Source: Wenzhouxiangellaceae bacterium (GTDB taxonomy: Bacteria > Pseudomonadota > Gammaproteobacteria > Xanthomonadales > Wenzhouxiangellaceae). From it: DNA of 64,000 bases. The DNA lies in NCBI GenBank assembly GCA_041685925.1, contig JAWLEW010000006.1, positions 6,172 to 70,171 of the forward strand, in the 5' to 3' direction. The position numbers and the translations under genes were made by a program. Of this stretch, positions 16,939-25,925 are shown piece after piece. How positions within the stretch are numbered: position 1 is the stretch's first letter; each line of letters opens with the position of its first letter. The notes under the pieces were generated by a model. That model saw only the letters and a list, made by a program, of their open reading frames with translations. It did no database searches and was not told where the DNA came from.

Positions 16939-18245
16939 GCACTGCCACCCAGAACTTCAGCGGCGCACCCGCGGCCGAGGAACGGCTCTCGCCGACCGAC
17001 CGCGAAGAGCGCGCGATGAGCGAATTCGCCCATCATTTCGGGGCCTACACGGCAACCAACCTCGAATCCTGCATTCACTGCGGAATGTGCGCCGACGCGT
17101 GTCATTTCTACATCGCCACCGGCGACCCGAAGTACACGCCGATCCTCAAGGCCGAGCCGTTCAAGCAGGCCTACCGACGTGAGTCCGGCGCATTCGCCCC
17201 GTTCTACAAGCTGCTCGGCCTGAAGAAGAAGGTCACCGTCGAACAGCTCGAGGAATGGCAGGAACTGCTGTTCGACAGCTGCTCGCAATGCGGTCGCTGC
17301 AGCCTGATCTGCCCGATGGGCATCGAAGTCGCCGAAATGATCGAGATCGGCCGGCGCGGCATGGCCGCGGCCGGACTGGCGCCCAAGGCCCTGATGGACC
17401 GCGCCCGCCACCAGGCCGAGACCGGCCAGCCGGAAGAAAGCGAAAAGCCCTATCCCGAGGTGCTGCGCGAAATCGGCAATCAATACGGTCTCGAAGTGCC
17501 GCTGGACAAGGACAAGGCCGATATCCTGGTCTGCCTGCCGCGTACCGACCTGGACCAGAACCCTGAATCGGTCGCCGCGATGATCAAGATCTTCGACCAG
17601 CTGGGCGCGAACTACACGTTCCGCAGCGACGCCCTGATCGCCGAGAACTACGGCTACTATGCCGGCAGCCGCGGCCTGCAAAAGCGCATCACCGGCCGGA
17701 TCACCGATGCGGCGAAAAATCTCGGCGCGTCGCTGGTCATCGTGCCCGAATGCGGTCACGCCTACACCGCCCTGCGGTGGCAAGCGGCTGAAATTCTCGG
17801 GGAGGAACTACCCTTCCGGGTCCGCCACGTTACCGAGTTCCTGGCCGAACAGCTCGAGGCCGGCAAGCTGAAGCTTTCCAAGCTCAACGGCGATACATTC
17901 GCGTTTCACGATCCTTGCCAGCTCGTGCGCAAGGGCGGCATCATGGACGCTCCGCGTCAACTCATGGACGCCATGGGCGTGGATCTGCGCGAGATGCACA
18001 ACAAGAAAGGCTTCAGTTTCTGCTGCGGCGGTGGTGGCGGGGTCAACGATCTCGAGAGCGCGAAAGACCTGCGCAACCGTTCACAGACAATGAAACTGCG
18101 CGAAATCGACGATACCGGCGCCAAGCGCTTCCTGACCAGCTGCTCGGACTGCCGCGTCTCCTTCAACGAGGCCGGAGAAAACCAGGACTGGAACAAGAAG
18201 ACCGAGAGCCTCATCGAACTGGTCGCCACACAGATAAAGGAGTAA
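16935..18245 (+). CDS. isp2: Isp2: HdrD/DsrK-like iron-sulfur protein
   Basis: Two ferredoxin-type motifs (CIHCGMCADACHF, CSQCGRCSLICPMG) and CCG-domain cysteines (FHDPCQL.., FSFCCGGGGG, TSCSDC). Confidence 0.85.
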   Translation: MSTATQNFSGAPAAEERLSPTDREERAMSEFAHHFGAYTATNLESCIHCGMCADACHFYIATGDPKYTPILKAEPFKQAYRRESGAFAPFYKLLGLKKKVTVEQLEEWQELLFDSCSQCGRCSLICPMGIEVAEMIEIGRRGMAAAGLAPKALMDRARHQAETGQPEESEKPYPEVLREIGNQYGLEVPLDKDKADILVCLPRTDLDQNPESVAAMIKIFDQLGANYTFRSDALIAENYGYYAGSRGLQKRITGRITDAAKNLGASLVIVPECGHAYTALRWQAAEILGEELPFRVRHVTEFLAEQLEAGKLKLSKLNGDTFAFHDPCQLVRKGGIMDAPRQLMDAMGVDLREMHNKKGFSFCCGGGGGVNDLESAKDLRNRSQTMKLREIDDTGAKRFLTSCSDCRVSFNEAGENQDWNKKTESLIELVATQIKE

Positions 18246-18248
18246 TCC

Positions 18249-19994
18249 ATGGCTAGTAACACTGTCGTTGTCGACCCGGTCACCCGTATCGAGGGTCACC
18301 TGAGGATCGAAGCGGAAACCGAACAGGGCAAGATCACGCGGGCATTGAGTTCGGGCACGATGGTGCGCGGCCTGGAGATCATCCTGAAAGACCGCGACCC
18401 GCGCGATGCATGGGTGTTCGCCCAGCGCATCTGCGGCGTCTGCACCCTGGTCCATGCAATCGCGTCGGTGCGTTCGGTCGAAGACGCGCTCAAGATCGAT
18501 ATTCCCCCGAATGCACAGCTGATCCGCAACCTGATGATCGGCGCGCAGTTCATCCACGACCACGTCATGCATTTCTATCACCTGCATGCGCTCGACTGGG
18601 TGGACGTGGTCTCGGCCCTGAACGCCGATCCGGGCGCAACCTCCGAACTCGCGCAGTCGGTTTCCGGCTACGCCAAGTCGTCGCCCGGATATTTCCGCGA
18701 CGTGCAGAAACAGGTCAAGGACTTCGTCGAAGCCGGCCAGCTGGGGATCTTCGCCAAGGGCTACTGGGGCCATCCGGCCTACAAGCTCCCACCCGAAGCC
18801 AACCTCATGGCGGTCGCGCATTACCTCGAAGCGCTGGAATGGCAGCGCGAAGTCGTCAAGCTGCATGCAATCTTCGGCGGCAAGAACCCGCACCCCAATT
18901 TCGTCGTGGGCGGCGCGCCGGTCGGCATCAGCGTGCATGCCACAGAAGCCGGTGCCGCCCAGACCTCGGTCAACACCACCGGGCTACAGCAGGTCAAGAA
19001 CATCATCGAACAGATGAAGTCCTTCGTCGACCAGGTCTACCTGCCCGACACGCTGGCGATCGGCGGCTTCTACAAGGACTGGTTCAAGCCGTTCCACGGC
19101 GAAGGCGTCGGCAATTTCATGTGCTACGGCGACTTTCCGGCCGACGGGGTCTGGCGAACCGACAACCTGCTGATTCCGCGCGGCGTGATTCTCGACCGCG
19201 ACCTGAGCCAGCTGCACGAGATCGACCTGCATGCCGAAGACGAGATCCAGGAATTCGTCTCGCATGCCTGGTACGAATACGAGGGTGGCAAGGACAAGGG
19301 CCTGCATCCCTACGATGGCGAAACGAAGCTGGCCTACGATGGACCTACCCCGCCGTTCGACCATCTCGACGGCGACTCGAACTACTCGTGGCTGAAATCT
19401 CCGCGGTGGCGCGGCAAGGCCATGGAAGTGGGTCCGCTGGCGCGCGTCCTGACGCTGTACGCGGCCGGCCACGAGCCCACCCGTGAACTCGCATCGATGG
19501 CGCTGAGCCAGCTCGATCTGCCGATCGAGTCGCTGTTCTCCACCGGCGGCCGACTGGCCTCGCGCACGCTGGAGTCCAAGATCATCGCCGACGAGATGTC
19601 CACCTGGTTCGACAACCTGATGGGCAACATCAACGCTGGCGATACGCGTACCCACAATAACGAAATGTGGGAGCCGGAGACCTGGCCGAAAGAGTCACGC
19701 GGCGCCGGCTACATGGAAGCGCCGCGCGGCGCGCTGGGCCACTGGATCGTGATCAAGGACGAAAAGATCGCCAATTATCAGGCGGTCGTGCCCTCGACAT
19801 GGAACGCGGGTCCGCGCGACGCCCAGGGTGAGGTCGGGCCCTACGAAGCGTCCCTGGTGGGCCATGAACTGGCCGTTCCGGACCAGCCGCTGGAGATTCT
19901 CAGGACCATCCACAGTTTCGATCCGTGTCTTGCCTGCGCGGTACACGTTGCCGACAAGGACGGCAAGAACGCCGTGGAAATCAAGGTGGGTTGA
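18249..19994 (+). CDS. hynL: [NiFe] hydrogenase large subunit (Isp-type, HynL/HydL-like)
   Basis: N-terminal RIEGH and RICGVC. C-terminal DPCLACAVH followed by a 15-aa cleavable extension. AAGGAG RBS. Confidence 0.95.
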   Translation: MASNTVVVDPVTRIEGHLRIEAETEQGKITRALSSGTMVRGLEIILKDRDPRDAWVFAQRICGVCTLVHAIASVRSVEDALKIDIPPNAQLIRNLMIGAQFIHDHVMHFYHLHALDWVDVVSALNADPGATSELAQSVSGYAKSSPGYFRDVQKQVKDFVEAGQLGIFAKGYWGHPAYKLPPEANLMAVAHYLEALEWQREVVKLHAIFGGKNPHPNFVVGGAPVGISVHATEAGAAQTSVNTTGLQQVKNIIEQMKSFVDQVYLPDTLAIGGFYKDWFKPFHGEGVGNFMCYGDFPADGVWRTDNLLIPRGVILDRDLSQLHEIDLHAEDEIQEFVSHAWYEYEGGKDKGLHPYDGETKLAYDGPTPPFDHLDGDSNYSWLKSPRWRGKAMEVGPLARVLTLYAAGHEPTRELASMALSQLDLPIESLFSTGGRLASRTLESKIIADEMSTWFDNLMGNINAGDTRTHNNEMWEPETWPKESRGAGYMEAPRGALGHWIVIKDEKIANYQAVVPSTWNAGPRDAQGEVGPYEASLVGHELAVPDQPLEILRTIHSFDPCLACAVHVADKDGKNAVEIKVG

Positions 19995-20026
19995 TAGCCC
20001 CCCGGGCTGCAATCGTGAAAAAAGGC

Positions 20027-20066
20027 GCGCCCCGGCCCTGCAATGCTTGCCGCAGGACCGGGGCGC
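20027..20066 (+). repeat. GC-rich 14-15 bp stem hairpin element flanked by 9-bp direct repeats
   Basis: GCGCCCCGG-c-CCTGC / loop aatgcttgcc / GCAGG-a-CCGGGGCGC. ATCGTGAAA occurs at 20012-20020 and again at 20068-20076. No T-tract follows the stem. Confidence 0.6.
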
Positions 20067-20149
20067 GATCGTGAAAGATGCGTGCATCCTGGACGCTGCG
20101 GCATGCGAAACTACGGTTTTGATCAAACCCTGGCCGGAGGCCTCCTGTC

Positions 20150-21475
20150 GTGCCCCTGATGGATCGCTTGTTCACCGCCGGCTTTCGCCACAACAGCAGA
20201 CGGCTGACCCGCTTCAAGGCGCCGCAACCCAGCGAAGCGTTGCCGGAACCCGACCGTAACCGAACCTACATGCTGTACCTGCACGTGCCGTTCTGCGTCG
20301 TGCTGTGCCCCTTCTGCTCATTCCACCGCGTGTGTTTCCGCGAGGACAAGGCCACCCGCTATTTCGCCAGCCTGCGCCAGGAAATCCGCATGGCGCACGA
20401 GGCCGGCTATCGTTTTTCCGACATCTACGTCGGCGGTGGGACGCCGACCGTGATGCCGGCAGAACTGGCCGAAACACTGGAGCTGGTTCGTCGGCTCAGC
20501 CCGATCGACAGCATTTCGATCGAGACCAACCCGGACGACCTGACGCCCGAAATCATGGGGCGCATGCGCGACGCCGGCGTCACTCGGCTGTCGGTCGGCA
20601 TCCAGAGCCTCGACAACGATCTGCTCAAGCAGATGGACCGCTATGAGAAGTACGGGTCCGCGGAGTCGGTGATGCAGCGGCTGGAGGCGGCCGAGGGTTA
20701 TTTCGAGACGCTGAATGCGGACATGATCTTCAACCTGCCGGAACAGGACGAGGCCTCGCTGTTGCGCGACGTCGATCTGATCACGCGCCAGGCCGGCGTC
20801 AACCAGGTGACCTTCTACCCGCTGATGAGTGCCGAGAGCACCCAGCGCAAGATGCTCAAGACCATGGGCAACGTGGATTTCGACCGCGAAGGCCACATGT
20901 ACCGGATGATCCTGGATGCATTGCCTGCCGAATACAGTCCGTCTTCGGCCTGGTGCTTCAGCAAATCCAAGGGCACCGTGGACGAATACGTCATCGAAAA
21001 CGAGGAATACCTGGGCCTGGGCAGCGGATCGCTGAGCTATCTCGATGGAGTGCTGTATTCCAGCACTTTCTCGCTGAACAACTACAACCGACAGGTCGCC
21101 GCCGGCCGCTTCGGCATCAGCCGCAAGCAGCCGCTGACCCGGCGCGACCGGCTGCGCTACTTCATGCTGATGAACCTGTTCGGGCTTTCGCTGGACAAGC
21201 AGCTGGCCGAACGGCGCTATCCCGGATTTTTCCGCAAGCTGGCCCCGGAAATCCTGGGTCTCAGGCTGATCGGTGCGGTCCGCGACGAGGGCGACCGGCT
21301 GGTGCTGACCCGCTACGGCATGCGGATCTGGATCCTGATCATGCGCGAATTCTTCATGGCCGTATCGGATTTCCGCGACCTGATGCGTCACGCGATCAAG
21401 GAAGAGCTCGACAGCCCCGGCCCGCTGCAGATCCGGCTGCAGACGCCGGAAATCAGGTCGCCTGGAAAGAGCTGA
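20150..21475 (+). CDS. Radical SAM protein, HemN-like (oxygen-independent coproporphyrinogen III oxidase family)
   Basis: CxxxCxxC in YLHVPFCVVLCPFCSF; YVGGGTP motif. GTG start 9 nt after GGAGG; the ATG at 20159 is an alternative. Confidence 0.8.
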   Translation: MPLMDRLFTAGFRHNSRRLTRFKAPQPSEALPEPDRNRTYMLYLHVPFCVVLCPFCSFHRVCFREDKATRYFASLRQEIRMAHEAGYRFSDIYVGGGTPTVMPAELAETLELVRRLSPIDSISIETNPDDLTPEIMGRMRDAGVTRLSVGIQSLDNDLLKQMDRYEKYGSAESVMQRLEAAEGYFETLNADMIFNLPEQDEASLLRDVDLITRQAGVNQVTFYPLMSAESTQRKMLKTMGNVDFDREGHMYRMILDALPAEYSPSSAWCFSKSKGTVDEYVIENEEYLGLGSGSLSYLDGVLYSSTFSLNNYNRQVAAGRFGISRKQPLTRRDRLRYFMLMNLFGLSLDKQLAERRYPGFFRKLAPEILGLRLIGAVRDEGDRLVLTRYGMRIWILIMREFFMAVSDFRDLMRHAIKEELDSPGPLQIRLQTPEIRSPGKS

Positions 21476-21508
21476 CCCGGGCCGCCCGGGTCGAATCGGA
21501 CAATGCGG

Positions 21509-22777
21509 TCAGCGCACCGTATCGCTGACCCGCCGACCTTCGATGACCGTGCCGATGACGTGACTGGTGTATTCGAAGGGATCGCCGTCGAACAGTGCCA
21601 CGTCTCCGTGCTTGCCGACTTCCAGTGAACCGATGCTGTCGGCCATGCCGAGGATGCGCGCCGGCGCCAGCGTGATCATCTCGAGTGCTTGCGCCGGCGC
21701 CACGCCATAGCCCAGCAATACCGCGGCCTCGAACAGCACCACGCGCGTCTTGGGCACGTATCCTTCGTGACCCGACTGCAGCGCCACGGGAATACCGGCC
21801 TCGATCAGCCGGGCCGCCGTGTTGAACGAGAAGTTGGCCATTTCACTGCCGCCCCAGGCCCGGATCATGGTCGGGTGCAGGATCACCGGCACTTCGGCGG
21901 CCCTGATCTCGTCGATCAGCAGGTGGGCGTCGGCCGCCCCGGCCAGCACGAGATCGAAGTCGAATTCCTCGGCCAGGCGCAGCGCGGTCATGATGTCGTT
22001 GTGGCGGTGGACTTCGATGACCAGCGGCATTTCACGCTGCAGCACGGCCGTCAGCGCTTCCATAGCCAGGTCGCGCGAACCGCCGGACTCGTCGTCCCCG
22101 GCCTGCTCGCGCTTGTCCAGGTACTCGTGCGCCTTGATCAGCTGTTCGCGGATCATCGCCACCGCCTTCGAGCGGTTGCCGGGCGATTTGCGGGAATGGC
22201 CCGTCGCGCCCTCGCCCAGCGTGGCCGATAGCGCGAACGCAGGTTCGATCACGGCCTCATCCACGGTATCGCCGAAGGTCTTGGCGATCAGGGTCTGGCC
22301 GGAGATGATCTCGCCGGGCCCATGGCCGGTATGCACCGTGGTCACGCCGTGTTCGCGCAGCCATTCGACCAGCCGCTCGCGCGGGTTGTAGGCATCGATC
22401 GCCCGCAGCTCGGGCTGGATGGCGGCAGAGCGCTCCAGCTGGTCCTGATCGTGCGGCTGGTTCATCGCGCCCGACAGCCCGACCGTGCTGCGCGCATCGA
22501 CCAGGCCGGGCGTGGCGACCGGCACTTCGATCAATTCCATGGCGTCGGGAATATCGGTGTTGTCGGCCGTTCCGACCGCGCTGACGAGGCCGTCCTCGAT
22601 CACGACCACACCGTCGGCGATGACGTCCCCGGTGCCGGTATGCAGCCGGTCGGCGCGCACCGCCAGGTTCTGACCCAGGGCCGTGCCGGCGAACGCAAGC
22701 GACAGCACGGCGATTGTCACCGCGATTGTCGTTGCGAAAATCGCCGTTCGAAAAATTTCGTTTTTCGGCGTCTTCAT
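21509..22777 (-). CDS. Exported amidohydrolase-family metallohydrolase
   Basis: Signal peptide (AIFATTIAVTIAVLSLAFAGTALG). Amidohydrolase architecture (GLVDARS.., VHTGH, HRH, final DGDPF.. region). Confidence 0.8.
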   Translation of the reverse strand: MKTPKNEIFRTAIFATTIAVTIAVLSLAFAGTALGQNLAVRADRLHTGTGDVIADGVVVIEDGLVSAVGTADNTDIPDAMELIEVPVATPGLVDARSTVGLSGAMNQPHDQDQLERSAAIQPELRAIDAYNPRERLVEWLREHGVTTVHTGHGPGEIISGQTLIAKTFGDTVDEAVIEPAFALSATLGEGATGHSRKSPGNRSKAVAMIREQLIKAHEYLDKREQAGDDESGGSRDLAMEALTAVLQREMPLVIEVHRHNDIMTALRLAEEFDFDLVLAGAADAHLLIDEIRAAEVPVILHPTMIRAWGGSEMANFSFNTAARLIEAGIPVALQSGHEGYVPKTRVVLFEAAVLLGYGVAPAQALEMITLAPARILGMADSIGSLEVGKHGDVALFDGDPFEYTSHVIGTVIEGRRVSDTVR

Positions 22778-24105
22778 CGTCCTGCTCCCTGTCCTGCGTG
22801 GGTCCGGTGAGGCCCCTGACCATGAATATGGCCCGCCCCGTCGTCATCGGACAGCGCGTTGAAACCGCCCTCGGCCACCAGCCGATCGTCGGGATCGTCC
22901 AGATCGAACCGCTTTTCACCTTCGACCCAGGTTTCCAGCACCCGCGTGTAGACGCTGAACGGGTCGCCCGACAGGATCACGAAATCGGCGTCCTTGCCCG
23001 GCGTCAAGGACCCTACCCGGTCACCCAGGTCCAGCATGTCGGCGCCGGCCTGGGTCATCGCCTCCAGCGCGGCCTCGCGCGACATGCCGGCGCGCACGCC
23101 CATGGCGGCCATGCGCAGGAAATAGCGCGAATCGGTAATCCAGTCGTCGGTGTGGAACGCAACCCGGGCGCCGGCCTGTTCCAGCGCCGGCGCGCTTTCC
23201 GCTTCCAGGTGCAGGGCCTCGAGCTTGCCGCCGGGGCTGTCGATCATGATCAGCGACACGGGCACCTCGGCCGCGGCGATCTGGTCGGCCACGCGCCAGG
23301 CTTCGCTGGTGTGATGCAGCACCATGCGAAAGCCGAACTCGTCGCGCAGCCGGATGGCGGTCAGCAGGTCATCGTGCCGGTGGCTGTGAAAATGCACCAC
23401 CCGCTTGCCCGACAGCACCTCGTTCAGGGCTTCCAGCCCAAGATCGCGCGCCGGCCGCCCGTCTTCGTCCTCGGCATTCGCAACCTTTTGCGCGTATTCC
23501 TGCGCCTTGATGTAGGCCGCCCGAACCAGCGCGGCGGACTTGGCGCGCGTACCCGGAAACGGCGCCTCGCCGATCGAATTCGTGCCATTGGCCATTTTCA
23601 GGCCGCCGGCCGGGCTGCCGTCTTCGAAGCGGTAGACCAGGTCCATGATCTGGTCGCCTTCGCGCAGCTTGAGATAAATCGTCTGGCCGCTGATCAGGTG
23701 GCCCGAGCCCGGCATCACGTTGACCGAGGTAATCCCGCCGGCCAGGGCACGCTTGATGCCCGAACTCCGCACGTTGAGCGAATCCAGCGCGCGCGCCTCC
23801 GGCTGAATGGGCGCCGAACTGTCGGCGCCCGACACCTCGCCGACATGGCTGTGGGTATCGACGATGCCAGGCATGATCACGCTGCCGGCTTCGAGCTCGG
23901 TCACTTTGGCGCCACGCGGAATGCGCACCGCGTCGCGGGCACCAGCGGCACGCACCCGGCCATCTTCGATGAGCAGCACGCCATCGGAAATTTCAGGCCC
24001 GTCGATCGGGATCAGCGTAGCGCCGGCAAACGCGCGGATCTCCGCGGCAACGGATCCCGACAATAAAAGGCCGCCCATCAGGACGGCCGCACACAGCCTC
24101 TTCAT
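22774..24105 (-). CDS. Exported amidohydrolase-family metallohydrolase (paralog of the downstream gene)
   Basis: Start at MKRLCAAVLMGGLLLSGSVAA. PGIVDTHSHVG metal motif, HFHSHRHDD. Its stop overlaps the next gene's start (ATGA). The 884-aa ORF-track version is an antisense run-on. Confidence 0.8.
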   Translation of the reverse strand: MKRLCAAVLMGGLLLSGSVAAEIRAFAGATLIPIDGPEISDGVLLIEDGRVRAAGARDAVRIPRGAKVTELEAGSVIMPGIVDTHSHVGEVSGADSSAPIQPEARALDSLNVRSSGIKRALAGGITSVNVMPGSGHLISGQTIYLKLREGDQIMDLVYRFEDGSPAGGLKMANGTNSIGEAPFPGTRAKSAALVRAAYIKAQEYAQKVANAEDEDGRPARDLGLEALNEVLSGKRVVHFHSHRHDDLLTAIRLRDEFGFRMVLHHTSEAWRVADQIAAAEVPVSLIMIDSPGGKLEALHLEAESAPALEQAGARVAFHTDDWITDSRYFLRMAAMGVRAGMSREAALEAMTQAGADMLDLGDRVGSLTPGKDADFVILSGDPFSVYTRVLETWVEGEKRFDLDDPDDRLVAEGGFNALSDDDGAGHIHGQGPHRTHAGQGAGR

Positions 24106-24318
24106 ATTCGATTCCTCGACATTCCAGCCAGTCAAGATGACAGAAAGCAAGCGCAAAATCAATCCCGTGATCCACTCATGCCTGGCAATCCCGGCTTTTC
24201 GGCGGCGACGCCGGGTCTGCGGACATGGGCCTGTGCGCCGGATCGAGAGATCCAGGCACTCTGGGGAACCGAAGTTGGCTATGCTCGTCGTCAAACGCCC
24301 GACAGAAAATGGAATTAC

Positions 24319-25398
24319 ATGTCCAAAAAAAGCACCCGGAAACGTGCTGAAGCGAATTCTCCGATCACGATCGATGGCGTAACGATACAGCCGGGATCCC
24401 GCCACAGCCTCGACATGGAAGTCGGGCGCCTGTACACCCATGCGCCGACCACCATGCCGATACAGGTCGTCTGCGGCCGCCAGACCGGGCCGGTGCTGTT
24501 CGTGTGTGCCGCCATTCACGGCGACGAACTCAACGGCGTGGAAATCATCAGGCGCCTTCTGCGGATCAAGGCGCTGAAGCGACTGAAGGGCACCCTGATC
24601 GCGGTACCGATCGTCAATCTCCATGGCTTCATCGACAAGAGCCGCTACCTGCCGGATCGACGCGATCTCAACCGTTCCTTCCCGGGCTCGGAGACCGGAT
24701 CCCTTGCCAGCCGGATCGCCCACCTGTTCATGACCGAAATCGTCAGCCAGGCCACCCACGGAATCGATCTGCACACCGGCGCGATTCATCGCGGCAACCT
24801 GCCGCAGATCCGAGCGAACCTGGATGACGAGGACACGCTGGAACTGGCCAGGGCGTTCGGTACGCCGGTGATTCTCAACGCCGCCATACGGCCGGGAACA
24901 CTGCGTGGTGCAGCGACCGGAAAGGTGCCGGTACTCGTCTACGAGGCCGGCGAGGCGCTGCGGCTCGATGAAATCTCGATCCGCGGTGGCGTCAACGGCA
25001 TCGTGCGCGTCATGCGCAAGCTCGAAATGCTGCCGCCGGCGCGCCGCAAGCCCAACCTGCCGGATCCGGTCATCGCGCGCTCCAGCAGCTGGGTACGGGC
25101 GCCCCAGAGCGGCATCTTCCGGTCGTTTACCCAGTACGGCCAGCGCGTGGTCCGGGGCGAAACCATCCTCGGGGCGGTCTCGGATCCATTCGGCGAACAC
25201 GAGGAAGAAATCAGGGCGCCGTTCTCGGGGATCGTCATCGGACAACTCCATCTGCCGCTGGTCAACGAGGGCGACGCGGTCTATCACATTGCCCGATTTC
25301 ACCGCAGCGACGTCGCCGCGGGGCGCATCGAGGACTACCACGAATGGCTGGAAGCGCCGGACCACCCGTTCACGGATCCCTCCAATCCCGACGCCTGA
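24319..25398 (+). CDS. Succinylglutamate desuccinylase/aspartoacylase (AstE/AspA) family zinc deacylase
   Basis: Start at MSKKSTRK. AAIHGDELNG zinc motif, later DLHTG. About 359 aa, typical of the family. Confidence 0.75.
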   Translation: MSKKSTRKRAEANSPITIDGVTIQPGSRHSLDMEVGRLYTHAPTTMPIQVVCGRQTGPVLFVCAAIHGDELNGVEIIRRLLRIKALKRLKGTLIAVPIVNLHGFIDKSRYLPDRRDLNRSFPGSETGSLASRIAHLFMTEIVSQATHGIDLHTGAIHRGNLPQIRANLDDEDTLELARAFGTPVILNAAIRPGTLRGAATGKVPVLVYEAGEALRLDEISIRGGVNGIVRVMRKLEMLPPARRKPNLPDPVIARSSSWVRAPQSGIFRSFTQYGQRVVRGETILGAVSDPFGEHEEEIRAPFSGIVIGQLHLPLVNEGDAVYHIARFHRSDVAAGRIEDYHEWLEAPDHPFTDPSNPDA

Positions 25399-25443
25399 CG
25401 GGGCACCATCACGATCTTTCCTCGGCACCGGGCCGGTTCGAGA

Positions 25444-25842
25444 TCACTTCGGCGGCGCCGACGACTTGTCCCCGCTCAATCGCCGCGCGAGCACGATCCA
25501 GGCCAGAAAGGCGAGGCAGCCGCCCAACGCAAGCAGGTTCGAAGACCACTCCGGCGCGAACATCGCGTAGAAACCCTCGTCATGCACCAGCGCGGAGAAA
25601 CTGGCGACGCAGAACGGAATGGCGTACAACCGGAAGACGCGCCAGAACCCTTGGCCCGAAGCGTCCCGGTCGCGCGCGCTGAGCATCAGCGCCGTGCCGA
25701 TCAATGCCGACATGGCCAGCGCGTTCAGCCACAGAGGGAGGGACGGCTCGAGGTGGAGCGCGGCCATCACCAGATACCAGATGAGGAAGCACCAGAGAAT
25801 GATCAGTCCTGTGGGCAGCCGGGCGAAATGACGTACAAGCAT
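25444..25842 (-). CDS. Small hypothetical membrane protein
   Basis: Four hydrophobic helices and no recognisable motif. Start uncertain (25842 or 25905). Confidence 0.4.
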   Translation of the reverse strand: MLVRHFARLPTGLIILWCFLIWYLVMAALHLEPSLPLWLNALAMSALIGTALMLSARDRDASGQGFWRVFRLYAIPFCVASFSALVHDEGFYAMFAPEWSSNLLALGGCLAFLAWIVLARRLSGDKSSAPPK

Positions 25843-25925
25843 CCATGTGCCTGAGCGGTGAACGGTCCTCCGGGATTGTATAGACTGTGCCGTTACCCGA
25901 GACAATCCGTTTTCTGGAGATTTTC

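Noticed and set aside
20136-20145. The perfect 10-bp palindrome GGAGGCCTCC covering the radical SAM gene's RBS, considered as a translational-control hairpin.
   Set aside because: A contiguous palindrome leaves no loop. At most a 3-bp stem could form, which is too weak to sequester the RBS.
24106-25428. N-terminal 440 residues of the 884-aa minus-strand ORF (22774-25428).
   Set aside because: This part is antisense to the AstE/AspA-family gene and has low-complexity composition. The amidohydrolase homology and a clean signal peptide begin at the ATG at 24105.
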